DNA from: Bacillota bacterium | GTDB lineage: Bacteria > Bacillota_I > Bacilli_A > RF39 > UBA660 | Assembly: GCA_015059485.1 (NCBI GenBank) | Contig: SVAH01000007.1 | Coordinates: forward strand, 3,011-67,010 | DNA: 64,000 nucleotides | Direction: 5' to 3' | In this document: piece by piece, positions 55,905 through 64,000 of the stretch | Numbering within the stretch: the stretch's first letter is position 1 | Layout of the letters: each line of letters starts with the position of its first letter | Translations under genes and position numbers: made by a program | The notes under the pieces: model-generated | The model's input: the letters and a program-made list of their open reading frames with translations, nothing else | Database searches by the model: none | What the model was told of the DNA's origin: nothing

Positions 55905-56745
55905 TATATTTTTACATTATAAAAAAAATAATATTAATTTATTATATATTAGTTGTTCTATTTTATTAATATGTTATGGTTTTTATAAAAATGGAATACT
56001 TTTATATAGAGATACAAATGGTAATGTTTTAACTTTGATTAGGCCTATATTAATACCACTAATAGCCATAGGAGTATCTCAAATAATAAATTACATAAAA
56101 AATAAAAAAATTAGTATAAATAATAATTTAATATATATTTTACTTTTAAGTTTAAGTGTGCCTCTTAATATTAATATACTAGTGTATACTATGTTTATTA
56201 TAGTAATAAGTTTATTTTTAGAATTTTTATCTTCCAAGTTAAAAGTTAATATTAATTATATTGCTCTTTTTAAAATTCTATTAATACTAATATTATTTAT
56301 ACTTCATAATTATCAATATGCAAATCAAATGGAATTATTACATAAATATTCATATAGTTTACTAGATATATTATTTGGAAGAGGTATATCTGGAGTTTGT
56401 ACATCATCAATGATATTAATAATAATTAGCTATATGATATTATGTACAAATTATTATTATAAAAAAGAAATACCATTTATTAGTTTATCAGTATATTTTG
56501 CATTAGCACTGGTGTTTAAATTTGTATTTCATAAGGTAATTATTTTAAATAGTTTAATTCTTTATTCGTTAGTATTTATAGCATCAATAAGTTTTATGTC
56601 TCCAGTATCTAAATTAGAAAAAATGATCTATAGTATTATAATTGGAATATTAACATTTATATTTACGTATTATTTCAATAGAAATGATGGAGTAATATTT
56701 GCAATTTTTATAGCATCTTTTATTAATTTTTTTGATTTAAAATAA
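55897..56745 (+). CDS. Polytopic membrane protein, weakly RnfD/NqrB-like
   Basis: About 8 TM helices. FMSPVS resembles the degenerate FMxTDPVT FMN-attachment region. Overlaps the upstream stop. Confidence 0.35.
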   Translation: MSNIFLHYKKNNINLLYISCSILLICYGFYKNGILLYRDTNGNVLTLIRPILIPLIAIGVSQIINYIKNKKISINNNLIYILLLSLSVPLNINILVYTMFIIVISLFLEFLSSKLKVNINYIALFKILLILILFILHNYQYANQMELLHKYSYSLLDILFGRGISGVCTSSMILIIISYMILCTNYYYKKEIPFISLSVYFALALVFKFVFHKVIILNSLILYSLVFIASISFMSPVSKLEKMIYSIIIGILTFIFTYYFNRNDGVIFAIFIASFINFFDLK

Positions 56746-56803
56746 AAAAAATGTCGAACGATATTTATTTAAAAAATATCGTTTTTTTGTTATCATAAAA
56801 AAC

Positions 56804-57280
56804 ATGAAAAAAATTATTTTTTTAATAGAAGTACTTTTAGTATTAACATTTACTAATTACTATGAAATAACTTTAAAAAAATCTTCTTTTGAAGAAACTT
56901 TTTATCATGATAAAATAGTTATTTCAAAAATAAATTTAGATAAAAATTTTTATTCTTATAATGAGACTAATGTTGATAATAATATAATTCTTTTAAAGGA
57001 AAGTAATATAAATAATTATTTTTTAATATTAGCTGCTCACTCAGGTTCATCTTCTATTTCGTATTTTAAAAATATTTATAAATTAAATAAAAATGATTTA
57101 GTAGAAATATATTTAAATAAAGAAAAAGTAGAGTATGTAGTTAAAGAAATAATATATATTAAAAAGAATGGAAAAATAAAAATATCTAAAAAGGAAAATA
57201 ATAATGTTTTGTATTTAACAACTTGTGACAAATTTAATCTAAAAAGACAATTATTAATAAAATGTGTCAAAAAAGTGTAA
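56804..57280 (+). CDS. Small sortase-like transpeptidase
   Basis: N-terminal TM. His in LILAAHSG, LTTCD cysteine motif, Arg in KRQLLIKC. Confidence 0.5.
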   Translation: MKKIIFLIEVLLVLTFTNYYEITLKKSSFEETFYHDKIVISKINLDKNFYSYNETNVDNNIILLKESNINNYFLILAAHSGSSSISYFKNIYKLNKNDLVEIYLNKEKVEYVVKEIIYIKKNGKIKISKKENNNVLYLTTCDKFNLKRQLLIKCVKKV

Positions 57281-57355
57281 AAAAATCGATTTTTTTTAAA
57301 TAAAAAAAGGAAATTGGCCCTTTACTTGTAATATATATAATTAGGAGGGTTAAAA

Positions 57356-59089
57356 ATGGCAGGTATTAGCGATTCAGAGTTAAATGAACTTAGATTACGA
57401 GCTGATATCGTCGATATTATATCAAGTTATATTCCATTAAATGAAAAAGGAAAAAATTATTGGGGTGTATGTCCATTTCATGAAGACCATTCACCATCTA
57501 TGAGCGTTTCAAAAGATAAACAGATATACAAATGTTTTTCATGTGGAGCAGCTGGGAATGTATTTAGTTTTGTAGAAAATTATGAAAATGTTTCGTTTAT
57601 GGAAGCTGTAAAAATTGTTGCAGAAAAAGTTGGCTTTAATTTAAGTGGAAATATTTCTATAAAAAAAGAAACTAAATTTACAAGAGAATATGAAATGATG
57701 GATATTGCTTTAAAGTATTTTCAAAACACACTTAATACTAAAGAAGGAAAAGAAGCATTTAAATATCTAAATGATAGAGGTCTTAGTGAAAATGATATAA
57801 AAGAATTTGATATAGGGCTTTCGCCTTGTAACAATTCACTGAATGTATTGCTTGAAAAAAAAGGCTTTAATTATAATGAAATGATGGATGTTGGATTAAT
57901 ATTAGATTCAAGTAATATAAAAGATGTTTTTTCTGAAAGAATAATGTTTCCAATTCATAATATTGATGGAAACGCTGTAGCATTTACTGGACGTGTATAT
58001 AATAAAGAAGATAGAGCAAAATATCTAGGCAGTAAAGAGACCAAAATATACCATAAAAGTAATATTTTGTTTAATTATCATAGGGCGAAAGATGCAGTAA
58101 AACTAAAAAAAGAAATAGTATTAGTTGAAGGTAATATGGATGCTATCAGATTATATATAAATGGTATTAAAAATGTTGTAGCACTTATGGGAACTGCATT
58201 AACAAAAGAGCAAATTGAAATAATAAAAAAATTGAGATGTAAAGTCATACTTATGTTAGATAATGATAATGCTGGTGAAAAAGCAACATATGATATATCA
58301 TTATTGCTTGAAAATGCCAATATAGAAACATATGCAGTTAGGTTAAGTGGTGAAAAAGATCCAGATTCATATATATTGAAAAATGGAGTTGAAGCAATTT
58401 TAGAAAATATTAAGAAAAAAATACCAATTAATGAATTTAAATTACAATATTTGAAAAAAGATAAAAACTTGACAAATACAGATGATTTGGTAAAATATGT
58501 GCGTGTTGTTATAGATGACTTAAAAAACTCAAAAGATGAAATATTAAGAGAAGTAACATTAAAAAAGTTAAGCACTGAATATAATTTATCTTATGACATA
58601 TTAAAAAAACAACTTGAAGAAATACCACATGAAGAAAATAAAACTATTGTATTTGAAAAAGAAATACAACATAAAAAAACATCTTATGAAGAAGCGATTA
58701 ATAATATACTTTATTATATGATGAATGACTCAAAATATATAAAGCTATATATGAAAAATTTAGGGTACATAGACGAAAAAAAATATCGCTTAATAGCATC
58801 TGAAATAATTTGCTACTATGAACTATATAAAAGCATAAATATTGCAGATTTTATAACGTATAGTGAAAGTTCCAAAATTAAAGATGATATAATGGATATA
58901 ATAAATAATACAATGTGTGAAAATTTTTCAGAAAATATCTTCATTGATAGTATTAACTTTATAAAAAAGAAAACTAAAGATAATGAAATAAAAGAATTGA
59001 AGAAGAAATTGAAAACTACAATGGATGAACATGAAAAAGAAGAAATATTAAAAAAAATAGTAAATTTAAAAATAGGAAGTGGAGTTTAG
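57356..59089 (+). CDS. dnaG: DNA primase
   Basis: Zinc finger CPFHEDHSPSMSVS..CFSCGAAGN; TOPRIM motifs VEGNMDAI and LDNDNAGEKA. Confidence 0.9.
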   Translation: MAGISDSELNELRLRADIVDIISSYIPLNEKGKNYWGVCPFHEDHSPSMSVSKDKQIYKCFSCGAAGNVFSFVENYENVSFMEAVKIVAEKVGFNLSGNISIKKETKFTREYEMMDIALKYFQNTLNTKEGKEAFKYLNDRGLSENDIKEFDIGLSPCNNSLNVLLEKKGFNYNEMMDVGLILDSSNIKDVFSERIMFPIHNIDGNAVAFTGRVYNKEDRAKYLGSKETKIYHKSNILFNYHRAKDAVKLKKEIVLVEGNMDAIRLYINGIKNVVALMGTALTKEQIEIIKKLRCKVILMLDNDNAGEKATYDISLLLENANIETYAVRLSGEKDPDSYILKNGVEAILENIKKKIPINEFKLQYLKKDKNLTNTDDLVKYVRVVIDDLKNSKDEILREVTLKKLSTEYNLSYDILKKQLEEIPHEENKTIVFEKEIQHKKTSYEEAINNILYYMMNDSKYIKLYMKNLGYIDEKKYRLIASEIICYYELYKSINIADFITYSESSKIKDDIMDIINNTMCENFSENIFIDSINFIKKKTKDNEIKELKKKLKTTMDEHEKEEILKKIVNLKIGSGV

Positions 59090-60214
59090 ATGAAAGAGTT
59101 AAAAGTTAAAGAAATTAAAACATTAGAAGAAAGAGAAAAAGAATTAATTGAACAAGGCAAAAAGCAAGGGTATATTACTTTTGAACAATTAGCCGAAACA
59201 TTAAAAGGTTTGGACATTGAAGCTGATGACTTAGATAATATTTATAACTTATTAATGGAAAATAATATTGATGTAGTAAATGAAGGAGAAGGAGAATCTG
59301 ATGCTGGTGATTCTGAGCTTAAGAAGATAGCAGAAGAAGATGCTCCAATAGTACTTACTGATGAAGAGATTACTAAAGATATTAATATTAATGATCCTGT
59401 TAGAATGTATCTTAAAGAAATAGGTAGAATTTCGCTTTTATCACCAGAAGAAGAAGCAGAATTATCAATTAAAGTTGCTAATGGTGATGAAATGGCTAAA
59501 AATACTTTAGCTGAGTCAAATTTAAGACTAGTAGTATCTATAGCTAAGCGTTATGTAGGACGTGGACTTTTATTTTTAGATTTAATTCAAGAAGGTAATA
59601 TTGGACTTATGAAGGCTGTTGAAAAATTTGATTATGATAAAGGTTATAAGTTTTCAACATATGCAACTTGGTGGATAAGACAAGCTATTACTCGTGCGCT
59701 TGCAGATCAAGCAAGAACAATTCGTGTGCCAGTTCATATGGTAGAAACAATTAATAAAATGGCTCGTATCCAACGCCAAATGACACTTGAATTAAATCGT
59801 GAACCAACTGAAGAAGAAATAGCTAAAAAAATGGGAATTACTCCAGAAAAAGTAAGAGAAGTTATAAAAATTAGTCAAGACCCAGTATCACTAGAAACTC
59901 CAATTGGAGAAGAAGATGATTCACATTTAGGAGATTTTGTACCAGATGAAAGAAATATGTCTCCAGAAGATTATGCAACTAATGAAATACTTAAAGAAGA
60001 AATAAAATCAGTATTAATGACATTACAAGAAAGAGAACAAGAAGTATTAGAACTTCGTTTTGGGCTTGTTGATGGAACTAGTCATACTCTTGAAGAAGTT
60101 GGAAAAAGATTTAATGTAACAAGAGAAAGAATAAGGCAAATTGAAGCAAAAGCATTAAGAAAATTAAGACATCCATCACGTGCAAAAAAATTAAAGGATT
60201 TCTTAACTGACTAA
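59090..60214 (+). CDS. rpoD: Primary sigma factor RpoD/SigA
   Basis: [33 protein letters not shown], region 4.2 [19 protein letters not shown]. Confidence 0.95.
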   Translation: MKELKVKEIKTLEEREKELIEQGKKQGYITFEQLAETLKGLDIEADDLDNIYNLLMENNIDVVNEGEGESDAGDSELKKIAEEDAPIVLTDEEITKDININDPVRMYLKEIGRISLLSPEEEAELSIKVANGDEMAKNTLAESNLRLVVSIAKRYVGRGLLFLDLIQEGNIGLMKAVEKFDYDKGYKFSTYATWWIRQAITRALADQARTIRVPVHMVETINKMARIQRQMTLELNREPTEEEIAKKMGITPEKVREVIKISQDPVSLETPIGEEDDSHLGDFVPDERNMSPEDYATNEILKEEIKSVLMTLQEREQEVLELRFGLVDGTSHTLEEVGKRFNVTRERIRQIEAKALRKLRHPSRAKKLKDFLTD

Positions 60215-60864
60215 TGATATCATTAAAATTAAAAGCTATTGCTTTTTTTATAGATAAAAGCGATAGAGTAGTTGATATAGGATGCGACCATGCTTATCTT
60301 GGTATATATTTAAAAGAAAATAATTTATGTAAAAGCATTATTTCAAGTGATATAAATGAAAATGCTTTGAATAATGCAATTATTAATGTAAATAAACATG
60401 GCTTAAATAGTAAAATAAAATGTATATTGTCAGATGGACTTAATAATATAAATACAGATACAGTAGATACAATAGTAATAGCTGGAATGGGAACAAAAAC
60501 CATAAAAGAAATATTAAATAGAAAAGATAAATTAAAGGGAATAAAAAAAATAATTTTGTCTTCTAATAATGATCAATACGAACTTAGAAAATATATGCAA
60601 AAAAAAGACTATAAATTAGCAGATGAAAAAATAATATTTGAAAAAAATCATTATTATGTGATATCAAAATATATTAAAGGAAAACAAAAATTAAGCAAAT
60701 ATGAATTACAATTTGGATTAAGTAAAATTGGTAAAAGAGAATACTATTCTTATTTAATTGATGAAAACAATAGAATATTAAAAAAAATACCATTTACTAA
60801 ATTAAAAAGAAGACATAAAATAAAAAGAGAAAATAGGATACTGAAAAAACTTATTAAACGTTAA
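60214..60864 (+). CDS. trmK: tRNA (adenine22-N1)-methyltransferase
   Basis: VVDIGCDHAYL and IAGMG motifs; dnaG-rpoD-trmK synteny as in Bacillus. Confidence 0.7.
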   Translation: MISLKLKAIAFFIDKSDRVVDIGCDHAYLGIYLKENNLCKSIISSDINENALNNAIINVNKHGLNSKIKCILSDGLNNINTDTVDTIVIAGMGTKTIKEILNRKDKLKGIKKIILSSNNDQYELRKYMQKKDYKLADEKIIFEKNHYYVISKYIKGKQKLSKYELQFGLSKIGKREYYSYLIDENNRILKKIPFTKLKRRHKIKRENRILKKLIKR

Positions 60865-61121
60865 ATAAAAAAAATTGGATTATTAGAAGAACTTGTGAAT
60901 TTTGGTTCTTCTTTTTTTTGTATAATATTTTTTTTAGTATCATTAGAATCGATAATATTTATATTTTTTAAAATGTCAAAAAGATTTTTAGTATTACTAA
61001 CTATTGGCTTTGCTTTTTGATACATTGGTATGACTTTATTTGCAACAGTTAATGTTTTAGAAAGCCCATTTAATATTTTAATTAAATTAAACCCTTTATT
61101 TAGACTTGGATAACCAAACAT
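60861..61121 (-). CDS. Small hypothetical protein (possibly YqfQ-like)
   Basis: Position near trmK as in Bacillus. Weak similarity only. Confidence 0.25.
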   Translation of the reverse strand: MFGYPSLNKGFNLIKILNGLSKTLTVANKVIPMYQKAKPIVSNTKNLFDILKNINIIDSNDTKKNIIQKKEEPKFTSSSNNPIFFI

Positions 61122-61201
61122 AAAATCACCTATAATATTTTATGAACACACTTTAAAAAAATGATAAAATAGAGTATACTAATTATTATAGGAGAATAAT
61201 T

Positions 61202-62968
61202 ATGATAGTAAGAAAAAATATAAATAGAAAGAAAATATTCGTTATATCAATCATAATGAGTTTATTTTTATCGTTATGTATAGTGGGTATTATATATAAA
61301 TTTTTTCCTAAGTTTAATGATTTTAAAATAAAATTTATTAAAGAAGAAAAAGATAAATTATATTTATATGTAGAAAAAGCTAAAACTTCTATTAACTATA
61401 ATGTAAATATATTTGATGAAGAAAATAATTTAATATATAAAAAAGATAGTAAAACTAATAAAATTGATATTTCTGATTTATTATTAGAAAATAATCAAAA
61501 AATTAAAGTTAGGGTGAAAGTTAAAAATAAAAAAAATAAAGAAAAGAATGCTTTAAATGAATATAAATATATTAATAAAAATGCTTCATTTCAAATTATA
61601 AAAGATCATTTTGTTAGTGAAAAGGAAAATATATTGCTTCATATAAAAGGCGTTGATAATAATGAAAAATATCATGTAGACTTATGTTATAATGATTCTA
61701 TAATATATAATACTGAAGTTACAAGTTCATTAGTACATATTAATCATTCTGATGTAGAAGGATATGATGGTAAAGTAGTAGCAAAATTATATAATTCTAA
61801 AAATAGATTAGTATCTAAATACGATATATATCTAAATGCTCCACCTGTTGGAGATATAAAAATTACATCTCCAAGTGATAATAGTGAAGTTAATTATGAT
61901 GATATAGACTTATATTATGATGGTGGAGAAAATGCAACTACAATTAGTATTAAGCTTTATAATAGCGCAAAAAAAAATAAAATAATAAATTCAATAACAA
62001 TGTCTTTTGAAAAAGGACATATAAAAGTTCCAGCATCGTTATTTAAAGAGAATACATCATATATTATGGAAGTAACGGCTGCATATCAAGGATATAATGA
62101 TATAGCTAAAACAGATAAGATAAGAATAAATATATTAGGAAAAGCAACAGTAAAGCCAGTTTATACTGATAAAAATTTCTCTGCAATAAAAAAAGATACA
62201 ATAGTTAATCTGAAAACAGATACTAAAGATGCAATAATATATTATACATTAGATGGCTCAAAGCCAGATAGGGGTAGTTTTATTTATAAAGAGCCAATAA
62301 AAATATCTATGAATACTACGATTAAAGCTTTTGCTGTAAAAGAAAATATGTATGATAGTGAAATAAATGTATATGACTTTAAAGTTCAAAATAAAGATTT
62401 GGTAATATATTTATCTCCATCTAATCAAGGAAAAAATTATGGCGTAAAAGAAGTAGGTTATACTACTGAAAAGGAGCAAATGAATTTACTTACTAACTAT
62501 TTAGAAAAATATTTGAAAGATGCTGGCGTAAAAGTATATCGAAATAATCCTAATGACATTATTGGAATAAATAATTGGTTATATGAAAGTAATATGAAAA
62601 AAAGTGACTTTCATTTTGCAATTCACTCAAATGCTAGCGAAGAACATACAGCACATGGTATGGAAATATATGTAGATACTCCAACGTCTAAATGCTTATC
62701 AATTGCATCAACAATATATGATAATTTATATGAAGAATATCCTTATAAAGACGAAAAATCAAATAGAGGAGTGAAATTTGCAAGAGGAACATTAGGAGAA
62801 GCAAATGATGAATTTATAAAGTGTGGAGCGTTAATTGAAATAGCTTATCATGATAATTATGATGATGCAAAATGGATTGTTCAGAATAAGGAAGAAATAG
62901 CTAGAAATATTGCAAATACAATTTTAGAGTTTTATCAAGTAAATGAGCAAAATAATGATATACAATAA
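61202..62968 (+). CDS. N-acetylmuramoyl-L-alanine amidase (Amidase_3) with N-terminal anchor and Ig/Fn3-like modules
   Basis: C-terminal FHFAIHSNAS, GMEIY and IEIAYHDN motifs. Middle DAIIYYTLDGSKPD module. Confidence 0.7.
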   Translation: MIVRKNINRKKIFVISIIMSLFLSLCIVGIIYKFFPKFNDFKIKFIKEEKDKLYLYVEKAKTSINYNVNIFDEENNLIYKKDSKTNKIDISDLLLENNQKIKVRVKVKNKKNKEKNALNEYKYINKNASFQIIKDHFVSEKENILLHIKGVDNNEKYHVDLCYNDSIIYNTEVTSSLVHINHSDVEGYDGKVVAKLYNSKNRLVSKYDIYLNAPPVGDIKITSPSDNSEVNYDDIDLYYDGGENATTISIKLYNSAKKNKIINSITMSFEKGHIKVPASLFKENTSYIMEVTAAYQGYNDIAKTDKIRINILGKATVKPVYTDKNFSAIKKDTIVNLKTDTKDAIIYYTLDGSKPDRGSFIYKEPIKISMNTTIKAFAVKENMYDSEINVYDFKVQNKDLVIYLSPSNQGKNYGVKEVGYTTEKEQMNLLTNYLEKYLKDAGVKVYRNNPNDIIGINNWLYESNMKKSDFHFAIHSNASEEHTAHGMEIYVDTPTSKCLSIASTIYDNLYEEYPYKDEKSNRGVKFARGTLGEANDEFIKCGALIEIAYHDNYDDAKWIVQNKEEIARNIANTILEFYQVNEQNNDIQ

Positions 62969-63036
62969 AAAAATGATTTTTTGATAAAAAAGACTTGATT
63001 ATTAATATTTAATATGGTATTATAATCATGTCGTTT

Positions 63037-63113
63037 GGGGAATTAGCTCAGCTGGCTAGAGCACCACGCTTGCACCGTGGGGGTCAAGGGTTCGAATCCC
63101 TTATTCTCCACCA
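63037..63113 (+). tRNA. tRNA-Ala (anticodon UGC), CCA encoded
   Basis: Cloverleaf read by hand. Acceptor GGGGAAT/ATTCTCC with G3:U70, anticodon loop CTTGCAC, T-loop TTCGAAT. Promoter TGGTATTATAAT upstream. Confidence 0.9.
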
Positions 63114-63168
63114 GATTGATAGTTAAGAAGTAGTTAAGACTACTTCTTTTTCTTTTTAAGGGGGAAAG

Positions 63169-63888
63169 GTGATAAAAACTTATATTGTATTAGATGAATC
63201 AGGAGCTATGCATCTAAAAAATGAAAGATATTTTGTAATAGCTGGTTTTATAACTAAGGAATTACATAAAGTGACATCTAAACATAAAAAGATAGAAGCA
63301 GAAATAAAAGAAAAAAAGAATATACCTTTAAAACAAAAAGTTGAATTTAAATCATCAAAAATAAATTCAAACCAACAGGCTATTTTTTTAAATGCTTTAT
63401 ATTCAATTTCAAGTGTAATTCCAATTGCAGTTATAGTGGATAAAGATAATTTAAAAAAATTTAAAGCAAGTGAAAACGTAGCATATAATTTTTTTGTTAA
63501 AACATTATTTAATTTTTTATTAAATTGTAATATTGATATACTTGATACTAAAAATATAGAATTTAGATTAGACAATAGAAACAATTCAGTTAAAACATTG
63601 AAAGATTTAGAAACTTTTTTACAGTGGGAATTTGATATGCAAAATATAAATATAGATGTAAAATATTTAGATTCTAAAGATAATAGAGATGTTCAAATGG
63701 CAGATTATGTTGCTAATTTAATATGGAAAAAATATAATAGGTTAAATGAAAGTTTATCTAATAAAGTAGCTAATTATGAAAAAATATATTTATCTAAATT
63801 TCCAGTAAAATTATTTGGAATAAATCCAAGCTTAAGATATCTTGAAAAAATAGAAGAAAAGTTAAAAAAACGAGTTGCAAATAGTTAA
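63169..63888 (+). CDS. DUF3800-family protein
   Basis: GTG start after GGGGGAAAG. IVLDESG N-terminus and VQMADYVA motif. Confidence 0.55.
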   Translation: MIKTYIVLDESGAMHLKNERYFVIAGFITKELHKVTSKHKKIEAEIKEKKNIPLKQKVEFKSSKINSNQQAIFLNALYSISSVIPIAVIVDKDNLKKFKASENVAYNFFVKTLFNFLLNCNIDILDTKNIEFRLDNRNNSVKTLKDLETFLQWEFDMQNINIDVKYLDSKDNRDVQMADYVANLIWKKYNRLNESLSNKVANYEKIYLSKFPVKLFGINPSLRYLEKIEEKLKKRVANS

Positions 63889-64000
63889 ATTGATGTTATA
63901 ATATTATACAGAAGACCTTTAAGGTGTATCGAACTAAGCATTATATGCGAATGCTCTAATCGTATGTTAAGTACGAGATCCCTTAGGCAAACAACTCATA

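Noticed and set aside
63895-64000. Attempt to assign the terminal structured segment to a known RNA class (T-box, purine, TPP, RNase P, SRP).
   Set aside because: No diagnostic motif could be matched by eye, and the element is cut off by the window edge.

Overview
Very AT-rich chromosomal segment from a low-GC, spore-forming Firmicute (Clostridia/Erysipelotrichia-like; intact sigK, spoIIP, a CotD-like coat protein). Almost every gene is on the + strand. From about 16 kb rightwards the content is mostly core: T-box-controlled valS, a phospholipid/LtaS-family operon, xerC/D-like recombinase, sigK, yqeG-yqeH, mutL, ffh, rpmB (missed by the ORF track), spoIIP, dnaG-rpoD-trmK, an amidase and tRNA-Ala. 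The left ~15 kb and 18.6-29 kb hold small self-contained accessory units: P-loop kinases, three NUDIX, several GNATs, a CDF exporter, a TCS-ABC module, NADAR and ASCH. The most unusual signal is non-coding. The accessory units are separated by two families of conserved junction repeats. Family A has an invariant 17-nt core ACAAGCTGCAATTAAAG, sits inside a decayed C-terminal coding remnant (...VQAAIKAKKN*) and is followed by a conserved terminator hairpin. Family B is an ~80-bp palindromic element placed directly after stop codons. Together they look like serial site-specific accretion of gene cassettes, integron-like in logic but with no integrase visible next to the array. Other notable items: a SipW-type signal peptidase fused to a large polytopic domain, in a TasA-like fibre/adhesin locus; a candidate type I toxin-antitoxin locus next to a partial duplication scar; an orphan PilB/GspE ATPase with a Thr/Pro-rich tail; an adhesin gene broken by one in-frame TAA; two homopolymer frameshifts; and a WYL-NADAR-NUDIX trio. 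All functional calls rest on motifs read by eye. No database search was run.
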